Part shown: piece after piece, positions 46,164 to 54,889 of the stretch | Position numbering within the stretch: the stretch's first letter is position 1 | Layout of the letters: every line of letters begins with the position of its first letter | Source of the DNA: Gemmatimonadales bacterium | GTDB lineage: Bacteria; Gemmatimonadota; Gemmatimonadetes; Gemmatimonadales; Gemmatimonadaceae | NCBI GenBank assembly: GCA_038239265.1 | Contig: JBBSEY010000001.1 | Coordinates: forward strand, 3,325-67,324 | DNA length: 64,000 bases | Reading direction: 5' to 3' | Notes under the pieces: generated by a model | What the model was told of the DNA's origin: nothing | The model's database searches: none | Seen by the model: the letters and a program-made list of their open reading frames with translations, nothing else | Made by a program: the position numbers and the translations under genes

Positions 46164-46628
46164 ATGCGAATCATGACAGCAATTGCGGTTTTACTTACCG
46201 TTGCCGCGGGCACGGCATGTGGTCAATCACCGACGGACGCATCGCAGCCCGAGCCCACCTTCGGACCGGCGCCGGCGATTTTTCCGGCCGGCGCACAGAT
46301 GGCGGTGATGCAGGGAGACCCTTCGGGAACCGGCTTGTTCACTGTCCGGCTCAAGATGCCGAGCGGCTACAGAATCCCCCCGCACACGCATCCGACCGAC
46401 GAGAATGTAACGGTGATCAGCGGCACCTTCCGCGTGGGCATGGGTGGCGTCTTCGACGCTTCACACACACTCGAAGTGAGGAAGGGCGGATTCGTGACGG
46501 CACCTGCCAATGCAGCGCACTTCGCGGTGACCGACGGGCCGACGATCGTGCAGGTGCACGCGCTCGGGCCGTTCGCGATGACGTACGTCAATCCAGCCGA
46601 CACACCGCCGGCGGCGCTGAGACACTAG
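46164..46628 (+). CDS. cupin-domain lipoprotein/secreted protein
   Basis: Signal/lipobox MTAIAVLLTVAAGTACG. Cupin motif PPHTHPTDENVTVISGTF. Confidence 0.8.
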   Translation: MRIMTAIAVLLTVAAGTACGQSPTDASQPEPTFGPAPAIFPAGAQMAVMQGDPSGTGLFTVRLKMPSGYRIPPHTHPTDENVTVISGTFRVGMGGVFDASHTLEVRKGGFVTAPANAAHFAVTDGPTIVQVHALGPFAMTYVNPADTPPAALRH

Positions 46629-46680
46629 GCGGATGGGCCGAGTGAGCCCGGCGCTCCACATTCCCCGTCGAGATGGAAAC

Positions 46681-46730
46681 ACGGAGAGCACTCGCGACGA
46701 CGTGTCCGCGAGTGCTCTCCGTTGTTTTGC
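46681..46730 (+). terminator. rho-independent terminator between convergent cupin and GlsB genes
   Basis: Perfect 16-bp stem ACGGAGAGCACTCGCG / CGCGAGTGCTCTCCGT with a 10-nt loop, followed by TGTTTTG. Confidence 0.85.
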
Positions 46731-46741
46731 ATCGAGACGCG

Positions 46742-46993
46742 TTACGGGTTTGGCCGCTTGCCCGTGATCTTGTGAATGAGCCACAACAGCACCACCGCGC
46801 CGATGACGGCGACGATCACCGAGTAGATGAAGCCGCCCGAGCCCGCGAAGCCGAGCGTGCGCATGAGAAAGCCGCCCATCACGGCCCCGGCGATTCCGAT
46901 CACGATGTCCATGAGAGCGCCGTAGCCGCCGCCCTTCATGAGCTTGCCCGTCAGCCATCCGGCGACGAGCCCTACGCAGATCCACCAGATCAT
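46742..46993 (-). CDS. GlsB/YeaQ/YmgE-family stress membrane protein
   Basis: 83 aa: MIWWICVGLVAGWLTGKLMKGGGYG...IGAVVLLWL, characteristic of this family. Confidence 0.9.
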   Translation of the reverse strand: MIWWICVGLVAGWLTGKLMKGGGYGALMDIVIGIAGAVMGGFLMRTLGFAGSGGFIYSVIVAVIGAVVLLWLIHKITGKRPNP

Positions 46994-47098
46994 GATGCCT
47001 CCAACCGAGTGAGGAGCATGGGCAGCGGGGTGCTGCGTGGTAGACCCTACGCGAGCGCGGCGCGCGGAGTTTCCGCGTCCGCCCCCGTGCTCCCTGCC

Positions 47099-48448
47099 CT
47101 ACCCCTTCTTATTCGCCTTCCCGCTCGGCGCCCGGCTCATCTCTGCGTTGTACGAACGGAAGTATCGCTCCTTCATCTCGTGCGCGGGCATCGGCGCGTT
47201 CCGGTGCGCGACCACATCGCGCAGCAGCGCTTCGGCCGTCGCGAGCAGTGCCGCGTCGCCGCCGGCGTAGTCACCGATTTTCTTCGCGGTCGCGATCAGG
47301 ACTGCGCGAGCCCGCTCGTACTCGTGCGCGCGCTGGTGCTCCACTGCCTCGCGCCGAGCGCGCGCGGCGAAGATGGCGGCGACGCGACGGTCGACTTCGC
47401 GGTTGCGAGGCTGACGGTCGTTGTCCGCATGCGACGCGTACGTGAATTGCAGGCTCACGCTCGGCGCGGCGCGAGAGGCGCCGGAGGCATCGAGCACACG
47501 CATCTCGGTCGCGATCGTCTCGCCGTCGGCGCCCGTCGGGAAGCTCATCGAGAACATCAGCTCGACCTCCTGCCCCGATACGAGATCGCCGACGTCGACC
47601 GAGAGCGTGGCGCGCCCGCTGTCCGACTCCGTGGTGTGCGAGCGATAGCGCGACAGCGCTCGCGAAGTCATCCCGTGCGCGAGCGTTGCCTCGACCACGA
47701 CGCCACGCAACACGACCTCCAGTGCCTCGCCGACCTCGCTCGCTATCAGCTCGGGGATCTGCTCGGCGTTCGCGAGAAAGTAGAAATGTCCGCCGCCCGC
47801 GTCCGCGAGCCCGGCCAGGAGCCGCTCGTCGAAGTCTTCGCCGACGCCGAATGTCGACGTCTGGATTCCGCGCTCGCGAAGCGCGGCCGCATGGCTGATG
47901 AGATCATCGCGATCGGTGATCCCGCGATTGGCGAGTCCATCGGTGAGCAACAGGCATCGATCGATCGTCTGCGCACGATCGCCGCTCGTCATGGCGAACG
48001 CGATCTGCTCGCAGCCGCGCATCCATCCGCCCGAGAGATCCGTCGAGCCGCGCGGCTCGAGGCTCGCCAACCGTGCGAGCGCGCTGCGCTTCGCATCCGG
48101 CGTCGCGCGCGTCGATTCGGCGAGCACGTCGATGGAATCATCGTAGACGACCAGCGCGAATCGATCCTCTGACTGGAGCTGCATCAGTGCCTGCTCAACC
48201 GCCCGACGCGCGAGTACGAATTTCTGCCCCGCCATCGAGCCGGAGCGATCGAGCACGATCGCGAGGTTGACGGGAATGCGCGTGGTGGCGCGCGTCGCCG
48301 TTGGTGCCACGACGGTGACGAGCGCATAGCGCGTGCTGCGGGCGCCCGAGCGTACGAGGACGCGGTCCGCCAGCGCGGTGAGTGATGGTGAGTGCGGGGC
48401 GGCGGAAGTCTGCGAATCGAGAGGCGACGGCGTCGACATTGATGGCAT
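47099..48448 (-). CDS. cytoplasmic von Willebrand factor A (vWA) domain protein
   Basis: ATG 48448 (MPSMSTPSP), 2 nt after the MerR stop. MIDAS motif VLDRSGSM, plus LLTDGLAN. No signal peptide. The C-terminal ~200 aa are unassigned. Confidence 0.8.
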   Translation of the reverse strand: MPSMSTPSPLDSQTSAAPHSPSLTALADRVLVRSGARSTRYALVTVVAPTATRATTRIPVNLAIVLDRSGSMAGQKFVLARRAVEQALMQLQSEDRFALVVYDDSIDVLAESTRATPDAKRSALARLASLEPRGSTDLSGGWMRGCEQIAFAMTSGDRAQTIDRCLLLTDGLANRGITDRDDLISHAAALRERGIQTSTFGVGEDFDERLLAGLADAGGGHFYFLANAEQIPELIASEVGEALEVVLRGVVVEATLAHGMTSRALSRYRSHTTESDSGRATLSVDVGDLVSGQEVELMFSMSFPTGADGETIATEMRVLDASGASRAAPSVSLQFTYASHADNDRQPRNREVDRRVAAIFAARARREAVEHQRAHEYERARAVLIATAKKIGDYAGGDAALLATAEALLRDVVAHRNAPMPAHEMKERYFRSYNAEMSRAPSGKANKKG

Positions 48449-48450
48449 CC

Positions 48451-49098
48451 TTACGAGGGGTCGGAGAAAAGCGCGCGGGCGTGTTCGAGAAGGCGCTCCA
48501 ACAATTTGTTCTGCACCCGTGACAGTGGCCGCCGGATGTGGAGCTCGATGTCGGGGGCGAGGGGAATGCGATCCCAGGTGGATCGCGACTGGGTGGAGGG
48601 TTGGGGCGGTAGCGCTTCGGCCGCCGTGGTGGTTGGCGGCGAGGCCGACGGTGCGGGCTCGGGTAACGCGTCCGTCGGGGACACGTGCGGAGAGGGCGCG
48701 GCTTTCGGGAGAGATGGCCACGTCGGCACCGGGGGCGGCACAGAGTTGAGAATCCGGTCGCCCTGTGTGTCGTTTCGCTGCTTCGTCTCCGTCAATACTC
48801 TTTGCACATAGCTCAGCGCCGACGCCGACTTCTTCTCCGCGGGCTCGGCAACGAGCGCACTCACCGCAGCGTCACTCAGCCCAGCGAGCTGCGTCCGAAT
48901 CTCGGCCAGCGGCAGATGACGGGCCTGCAGAAGCTTGATGAGTTGCACCCGTTCCAGATGAGCTCGGTCGTATCGGGCCCCGCGCCCTCGTGTGTCGGGC
49001 GAGGGGAGCAGCCCCTGCTGTACGTAGTAGCGTACGGTCCGCGGGGTGACATCGGCAGCGTCGCATAGCCCAAGGAGGTCATAACTATCGTTTGACAT
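48451..49098 (-). CDS. MerR-family transcriptional regulator with Pro-rich linker and conserved C-terminal tail
   Basis: N-terminal HTH LLGLCDAADVTPRTVRYYVQQGLLP...YDRAHLERVQLIKLLQ. C-terminal tail RSTWDRIPLAPDIELHIRRPL. Confidence 0.85.
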   Translation of the reverse strand: MSNDSYDLLGLCDAADVTPRTVRYYVQQGLLPSPDTRGRGARYDRAHLERVQLIKLLQARHLPLAEIRTQLAGLSDAAVSALVAEPAEKKSASALSYVQRVLTETKQRNDTQGDRILNSVPPPVPTWPSLPKAAPSPHVSPTDALPEPAPSASPPTTTAAEALPPQPSTQSRSTWDRIPLAPDIELHIRRPLSRVQNKLLERLLEHARALFSDPS

Positions 49099-49102
49099 TC
49101 GG

Positions 49103-49133
49103 AGAATATGACAGTGTAACGTGCCACTGTCAA
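49103..49133 (-). promoter_or_regulatory. MerR-type promoter with 19-bp spacer and embedded palindromic operator
   Basis: The minus strand reads TTGACA-GTGGCACGTTACACTGTCA-TATTCT. TGACAGTG / CACTGTCA is a perfect 8-bp inverted repeat spanning the -35 and the spacer. The -10 box ends 4 nt before the ATG of the MerR gene. Confidence 0.65.
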
Positions 49134-49164
49134 GTTGTCGCCGATAACCTCCCCAACTCCATGC

Positions 49165-50823
49165 TCAGCGCACGGTCACGCTGTCTCGCGCGAGCGCAAT
49201 CCCAGAGGCGCCGGCCATTGACTCGTAATAGTCGACGAACCGATTGGTCTCGGGAGCCGGCTTCAGGTTGAGGTTGTGTGCCCAGCGGTACCCGATCGGT
49301 TGGTACCAGAGCTCGACTTCGACCTGAAAGGGACCCCGATTCCGCGTCACGTCGATGCGATAGCGAGTTCGGTGAGAGCCGCCGACGAACGCCGGGTCGC
49401 CAGCCGCATCCCCTTGCACAGCGATGTCGCGATCCGCTGTCGTCTTGTCGAAACCGCGCGGGAGTAGACGGTTGTCCTTGACGTAGCTCACGGCGGACAG
49501 GAGTCCGGTGGTCACGGCGCCGTGCTGGTCCTGCAAAATCGACTCGTAGATCTGCACCTGGTCGGGCCGCGTGATTTCGCGATAGTGCGGCTCGTATTTC
49601 GTGCGATCGTCATCGTTGTCGTTGCCGACGATTCGGCCCTCCGCCGTAACTGCGCCCGACTCGAATACGGCTGCGCCCGACCGGTCATGCACCGTGACGT
49701 GCAGCCAAACGCGACGAGACGGAAAGGCCGACGGGAGCTTGTGTCCATTCAAGTTGGTCACCAGCACATCCATCACGACACGTCCCGCCTCGGCCGTACC
49801 CGCAGTCACCTGCAACCGCGCCGCCTGCGCGAGAAGCTGTCGCGTCTCGAGCGCTGCCGCATCGAGCTCGGACGGAAGCGCTTCGACGGCGAGCTCGCCG
49901 CGGTAGCGGTTCAGCATACCCAGCATGAAAAAATTTCCGCCGGGGAACCAGTGCCGGCGCACATCGGCGCGCGGCTGACCCTGCACCGGCGTAATCGGAA
50001 CGCTGTCGTCCTGCGCGACGACGCGCGGCATGTGACAGGACTGACAGCTCTGCTCCGTACGGTAGGCGCTGTGCTTCCACTCGAGAAAGGGCATCTGCTC
50101 CGGCAGCTCGCCGATTTCCTTGCCGGCGGAATCGAGCGACTTGGTATACAGCGTGTGACAGGTCGCGCACAGCTCGGACTCGCGAATGTGGGCACCCTGC
50201 GTCGGAACGAAGCCGCTCGAGGAGTGCATGATGGTGGTGTGTCCGCGATCGATTTCATACGGGCCGAAGATCGGCCGTTGGCCGACGCGCGTCGTGGTGT
50301 CGACGGCGAAGCCGCCGTTGAAGCTGGATCGCTCGCCGAGACGGTCTCTCTGAATCTGATGACACATGGTGCAGGACACGCCGTCAGCGGACAGACTGTC
50401 GAGCGGATCCGTCCCCCCGAGTGTGGGAAAGCGCGCGAACACCCTGCCCTGACCGCCGGCCGCGTGCGCCGTGAAGCGCTGCATCGGCATGTGGCAGGTC
50501 GCGCATTCATCCTCGATCGCTGCGCGGCTCGTCGGGTGGTCGAGCACCTCGCGGCGCACCGACCCCTGCCAGTACGGATCGCGTGACGCGTTCGCCATGA
50601 TCGAGGCGCGCCAGTCGAAGCCGATCGATGCATCCTTCCCGGATGGAGTGGTGAGACTGCTATGACATGCGATGCATCGGTCGGCCGTGAGGAAGTGCGC
50701 CGGTCCGGGCGTGACGCCGCCTCGCGTCGCGGTTCCGTAACCGGCGGCCGCAACGAGAACTGCCGTCGTCGAGAGGCACGCGACGGCGATTCCGATCAGT
50801 CTTAGTGCTCGCATCCGGTACAC
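49165..50823 (-). CDS. pentaheme c-type cytochrome with heme-free C-terminal domain, secreted
   Basis: Signal peptide RALRLIGIAVACLSTTAVLVAAAG. Five CxxCH motifs: CIACH, CATCH, CTMCH, CATCH, CQSCH, all within residues 50-264. About 290 aa with no heme motif follow. Confidence 0.85.
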   Translation of the reverse strand: MYRMRALRLIGIAVACLSTTAVLVAAAGYGTATRGGVTPGPAHFLTADRCIACHSSLTTPSGKDASIGFDWRASIMANASRDPYWQGSVRREVLDHPTSRAAIEDECATCHMPMQRFTAHAAGGQGRVFARFPTLGGTDPLDSLSADGVSCTMCHQIQRDRLGERSSFNGGFAVDTTTRVGQRPIFGPYEIDRGHTTIMHSSSGFVPTQGAHIRESELCATCHTLYTKSLDSAGKEIGELPEQMPFLEWKHSAYRTEQSCQSCHMPRVVAQDDSVPITPVQGQPRADVRRHWFPGGNFFMLGMLNRYRGELAVEALPSELDAAALETRQLLAQAARLQVTAGTAEAGRVVMDVLVTNLNGHKLPSAFPSRRVWLHVTVHDRSGAAVFESGAVTAEGRIVGNDNDDDRTKYEPHYREITRPDQVQIYESILQDQHGAVTTGLLSAVSYVKDNRLLPRGFDKTTADRDIAVQGDAAGDPAFVGGSHRTRYRIDVTRNRGPFQVEVELWYQPIGYRWAHNLNLKPAPETNRFVDYYESMAGASGIALARDSVTVR

Positions 50824-52019
50824 CGCCCCTTCCAGCCGTGAAGTAGTGGACCGTCGGCCGTATCCCAGAGGAGGTAGGCCATGATCTGCGAGTCGCGCGT
50901 CTTTCGCTGCGTGAGCGGGACATTCACTCCCACGCCAGCACGCACGTGCTGCAACGCGCTGAGCGAGAGCTGAAACTGCGGCACCAGGCTCCAGTCGACC
51001 GGCGCACCGCTCACCAGATCACGCGAGCCCGCGACTTCGATCATGGGCGACCAGATGCGCGTGATCGAGCTGAACGCGATGGTGGTGCCGAGCGCACCGC
51101 TCCAGAACGCTGATCGTGGTGCGGCCGCGAGATCGGTTGGCAGATTCACGCCGCCCTCGACCTGGAAAAAGCTCCGCGCCGGGAGGAGCTTCGCACCCAG
51201 CACGATGGCTTCGAACGCTGTCGTGCCGGTGCCGAATCCCGTGCGCGCATCAGCGGTCGGTAACACGACGCCGGCCAATCCACTCAGGATCGCGCCGCTC
51301 GTGCCGCTGGACGAGTAAAGCACGCGCTTACCCGCGATCGAGGCATCGCCGAGCCCGCCGACCCAGGATTTCCCGGGCCGCTCGACGAAGCCGTACGGCA
51401 CATCGACCTCGAGCTGCGTGCGTTTCCCGAATCGCTTCTCCAAGATGAGATGGTTTTCGATCGATGCAGGCCCGCGTGTGGAGGCCGTGCTCGTAACGAC
51501 GACCTCATCTTCAGGGAAAGCCTTTTCGGTGACGAGTGCGAGCGCGACGTTGAGCTCGCCGCGCGGCCATGATGGCTCCGGGCAGAGCGTGCGCATGTAG
51601 GTGACGACGCGCTGAATCTGTGCGGGCGAGAGCAGATCGCGAAATGCCGGCATGATGCGACTGAAGCCACGCACCGGTCCGCCGTCGCGAACGACTGCCG
51701 CGTAATCGACCGCCGACTCGGCGGTCGTTGCCTTGCAGTCGGTGAAGTCGGGCACGGGGACGGCGAACGCCACGGTGCTCTTCGGTGCGCCCTTGCCGTC
51801 GGCGGCGTGGCAACCTGCGCAGGTGGCGCGGAAAATCTCTTCGCCTGTTTCTGGTGCACGGCCGCGATCGCGGTACGTCCGGCGAGACAGTCGCGCGGCG
51901 TCGACGTGACCAGGGACGTGGGGCTGCGCCGGCGCGGCGAGTGCAACGTGCACAGCTGCGTCGAAAGCAAGGCTCCAGAGTGCGACGGCCGAGACGGCCG
52001 CAACAATGCGCAACAGCAC
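50802..52019 (-). CDS. monoheme cytochrome c domain fused to an outer-membrane beta-barrel (MetA/phenol-degradation-like)
   Basis: Signal peptide MLLRIVAAVSAVALWSLAF. CAGCH at 51807-51821 with a downstream RIMPAF (Met ligand candidate). The barrel region VDVPYGF...GGLGDASIAGKRVLY...VVLPTADARTGFGTGTTAFEAIVLG matches my recollection of the Phenol_MetA_deg barrel family. Confidence 0.75.
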   Translation of the reverse strand: MLLRIVAAVSAVALWSLAFDAAVHVALAAPAQPHVPGHVDAARLSRRTYRDRGRAPETGEEIFRATCAGCHAADGKGAPKSTVAFAVPVPDFTDCKATTAESAVDYAAVVRDGGPVRGFSRIMPAFRDLLSPAQIQRVVTYMRTLCPEPSWPRGELNVALALVTEKAFPEDEVVVTSTASTRGPASIENHLILEKRFGKRTQLEVDVPYGFVERPGKSWVGGLGDASIAGKRVLYSSSGTSGAILSGLAGVVLPTADARTGFGTGTTAFEAIVLGAKLLPARSFFQVEGGVNLPTDLAAAPRSAFWSGALGTTIAFSSITRIWSPMIEVAGSRDLVSGAPVDWSLVPQFQLSLSALQHVRAGVGVNVPLTQRKTRDSQIMAYLLWDTADGPLLHGWKGRCTGCEH

Positions 52020-52303
52020 GGATAGGATGAGTATGAGCGGACGGGATCACCCGACGTTCACCGTCAGTATCGCGTCGACGACGAACGTGATTGATCGGAG
52101 CGCTATGCGCAATTTTGGAACCAACGAGCTCACGACTGGAAATGTTGTCGACAGGCGCCCACGGGACCGCACCCGCTTAACAGCAGATAAATTTTTCAGT
52201 GGGAGCCGCCGACCAGATTCCAATGCCGAAGTTCGGCTCGACGCGTCGGGTCACTCTCGCAGCGTGGGCGGCGGCGCGCCGCGCGGCATTCGATGCGTAT
52301 GTC

Positions 52304-52345
52304 AAAAGATCAGGCCCTGAGCAGAACATCGCCCGGGGCCTGATC
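52304..52345 (-). terminator. rho-independent terminator after pilC
   Basis: The minus strand has GATCAGGCCC, an 18-nt loop, then GGGCCTGATC followed by TTTTG. It lies 40 nt downstream of the pilC stop. Confidence 0.7.
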
Positions 52346-52384
52346 CATTGAATCTCTGCTGTCAGCTTAAGAGCAGTTCTTTCC

Positions 52385-53575
52385 CTACTGCACCGCGTTG
52401 ATCATGTCGAAGATCGGCAGATACATAGCCACCACCATTCCTCCGACGATCACACCCAGAAACACGATCATGACCGGCTCCATCAAGCTCAGAAGTCCCG
52501 ATACAGCCGTGTCGACCTCGGTGTCGTAGAAGTCCGCGATCTTCGTGAGCATTTCGTCCAGACCACCCGTCTGCTCGCCAACCGCGATCATACTGATCAC
52601 CATCGGCGGGAACACGTTCGACTTCGCCAGCGGCGCCGAGATCGTGTCACCACCCGCGATGCTCGCGCGTGACTCCATGATCGCATCGTGAATCACGCGG
52701 TTACCCGCCGTCTTCGCCGTGATCTCGAGACCATCGAGAATCGACACACCTGAGGAGATCAACGTGCCCAGCGTACGCGTGAAGCGCGAGACCGCCGATT
52801 TGCGGAGCATGTCGCCGAGCACCGGAACTTTCAGCAGAAGCTTGTCGATGTTGAGCTGGCCGTTCGACGTCTTGTAGTAGCGCTTGAGCGCCGTGACGGT
52901 GAACCACGCGCCGCCACCCACTGCCCACCAGTAGTGCTTGAGAAAGCTCGAGAGCATGATCACGATTCGTGTCGGCAGCGGCAGCGCCAGATTCACGGAC
53001 GCGAACATGTTTTCGAACACCGGAATAACGAAGATCAGCAGCGTCACGATGGCGATGAAGGCCACGCTCATGATGACGGCCGGATAGATCATCGCGCTCT
53101 TCACTTTTCCGACCAGGGCGTCGTTCTTTTCCAGGAACGTCGCCAGTCGCATCAGAATCGTGTCGAGAATACCACCCGCCTCACCGGCGGCCACCATGTT
53201 CACGTACAGATCCGTGAACGCCTTCGGATGCCGGCGGAGCGCGTCGGCGACCGTATGTCCCGACTCGACGTCGTACACCACCTGGTGCGTCACGTCCTGC
53301 AGCGCCTTGTTCTCACTCTGGCGAGAGAGAATGTCGAGCGCCTGCACGAGCGGCAGACCGGAGTTGATCATCGTCGAGAACTGCCGCGTGAAGATGACGA
53401 TGTCTCGCGTCTTGACCTTCCCGCCCTTCTTCTTCTTCGTCTCTTCGTCGACCTTCACGACGATGAGCTTCTGGCGCCGCAGATTCGCTACGACCTCATC
53501 CCGCGTCGCAGCTTCCATCGTGGCATTCTTGAGCTCACCGCTCAGCGTGCGTGCCGTATAGGCATAAGTTGGCAT
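52385..53575 (-). CDS. pilC: type IV pilus platform protein PilC (T2SS F family)
   Basis: 396 aa with a duplicated T2SSF domain and three TM blocks. Conserved motifs FTRQFSTMINSGLPL and FTRTLGTLISSGV. Confidence 0.9.
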   Translation of the reverse strand: MPTYAYTARTLSGELKNATMEAATRDEVVANLRRQKLIVVKVDEETKKKKGGKVKTRDIVIFTRQFSTMINSGLPLVQALDILSRQSENKALQDVTHQVVYDVESGHTVADALRRHPKAFTDLYVNMVAAGEAGGILDTILMRLATFLEKNDALVGKVKSAMIYPAVIMSVAFIAIVTLLIFVIPVFENMFASVNLALPLPTRIVIMLSSFLKHYWWAVGGGAWFTVTALKRYYKTSNGQLNIDKLLLKVPVLGDMLRKSAVSRFTRTLGTLISSGVSILDGLEITAKTAGNRVIHDAIMESRASIAGGDTISAPLAKSNVFPPMVISMIAVGEQTGGLDEMLTKIADFYDTEVDTAVSGLLSLMEPVMIVFLGVIVGGMVVAMYLPIFDMINAVQ

Positions 53576-53598
53576 GTAATCTCCTCAGACGATTCTGA

Positions 53599-54762
53599 TT
53601 ACCGCTTGCCAGCCGCGGCGTACTTCGCATGCTGCCCCGCGAGCTTCGGTGGATCGCCGTTGCCGACGTCCTCCAGCGGTGCCTCGCCGATCATTCGCAG
53701 GAACTCGTTCTGGTCGCCCGACACGCGCAGGCACTCGTCCAGCACGACCTCGCGCGACATGTAGAGATTGTACAGCGAGTCGTTCAGCGTCTGCATGCCG
53801 AACTTCTTACCGGCCTGCATCGACGAGTTGATCTGGTGGATCTTGTTGTCGCGGATCAGCGCGCGAATCGCCGGCGTCACCACGAGTATCTCGGCAGCCA
53901 TCGCACGACCGCGCCCCTTCGCGCGCGGCAGCAGCGTCTGGGTCACGATCCCTTCGAGCACGAACGCGAGCTGCGCGCGGACCTGCCCCTGCTGGTGACT
54001 CGGGAAGACGTCGATCATACGGTTGATCGCTTCAGCCGCCGAATTGGTGTGCAGCGTCGCGAAGCACAGATGCCCCGTCTCGGCGATCGTCAGCGCGGCC
54101 TGCATCGTTTCCAGATCGCGCATTTCGCCGACGAGAATGACGTCGGGATCTTCACGGAGCGAGTACTTGAGCGCGTTGGAGAAGCTCTTGGTATCCGTTC
54201 CGACTTCGCGCTGATTGACGATGCAGCTCTGGTGACGATGAATGAACTCGATCGGGTCTTCCACCGTAATGATGTGGCCGCGACGCTCGCGATTGATCTT
54301 GTCGATCATCGCGGCGAGCGTCGTCGACTTTCCGGAGCCTGTCGGTCCCGTCACCAGTACGAGTCCGCGAGGACGATCCGCCATCTTCGACACGGCGTTC
54401 GGCAGTCCGAGCTCTTCGAAGGTGCGGATGTTGAACGGAATCTGTCGAATGACCAGAGAGACGCAGCCGCGCTGCTTGAAGCAGTTGCCTCGAAAGCGCG
54501 CGAGATTCTGAATGCCGAATGAAAAATCGAGCTCGTCCTCGGTCTCGAAGCGCTTCTTCTGATTTTCCGTCAGAATCGAGTACGCGAGCTGGAGCGTGTC
54601 CTTCGGCGTCAGCACCACATTGACGTTCGCGTCGGTAATGTCACCGTCGATGCGCATCTTCGGCTTGTCACCCGCTGTGATGTGCAAGTCGGACGCGTCA
54701 CGCTCGATCATTTCCTCGAGCAACGCGCGCAGGTTGACGGTGTTGGCGACTGGGGCTGTCAT
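53599..54762 (-). CDS. pilT: type IV pilus retraction ATPase PilT
   Basis: Walker A GPTGSGKST, Asp/His boxes, GHLCFATLHTNSA and a PilT-type C-terminus. Confidence 0.9.
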   Translation of the reverse strand: MTAPVANTVNLRALLEEMIERDASDLHITAGDKPKMRIDGDITDANVNVVLTPKDTLQLAYSILTENQKKRFETEDELDFSFGIQNLARFRGNCFKQRGCVSLVIRQIPFNIRTFEELGLPNAVSKMADRPRGLVLVTGPTGSGKSTTLAAMIDKINRERRGHIITVEDPIEFIHRHQSCIVNQREVGTDTKSFSNALKYSLREDPDVILVGEMRDLETMQAALTIAETGHLCFATLHTNSAAEAINRMIDVFPSHQQGQVRAQLAFVLEGIVTQTLLPRAKGRGRAMAAEILVVTPAIRALIRDNKIHQINSSMQAGKKFGMQTLNDSLYNLYMSREVVLDECLRVSGDQNEFLRMIGEAPLEDVGNGDPPKLAGQHAKYAAAGKR

Positions 54763-54889
54763 GTAGCTCCTGCTGAGGTGGCGGTATCCGGCAGAACAGG
54801 ATACCCCCTATAGACGAGGGAAGGGGGCGAGCGTTGCAGGGTGGGACTGGCGGACGCCAAAACCGGAGCCTCCCCCTGCCCTGCGGAGC

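Noticed and set aside
46673-48172. 499-aa + strand ORF
   Set aside because: It is antisense to the GlsB and vWA genes and crosses a strong terminator hairpin. It has no recognisable motifs.
50805-50822. C-terminal CTGCEH of the cytochrome-barrel fusion as a second heme-binding site
   Set aside because: The motif is CxxCEH, not CxxCH. It lies in the 22-nt overlap with the next gene's start, so it is probably a by-product of the overlap rather than a conserved site.
49165-52019. Calling the cytochrome-barrel fusion a Cyc2 ortholog or the pair an MtrAB-like system
   Set aside because: The domain sizes and barrel motifs differ from what I recall of Cyc2 (very short cytochrome module) and MtrB (much larger barrel). 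Only an analogy is justified without searches.
52006-52320. 104-aa + strand ORF in the lower-GC spacer
   Set aside because: Its composition is unlike the window's genes and it has no motifs. It overlaps the start of the cytochrome fusion gene and the pilC terminator. It is more plausibly non-coding leader/promoter DNA.
54763-54889. GGTATCC...GGATACC hairpin between pilB and pilT as a regulatory RNA
   Set aside because: The stem is only 7 bp, there is no adjoining U-tract and no conserved-looking context. That is insufficient to call a terminator or attenuator.
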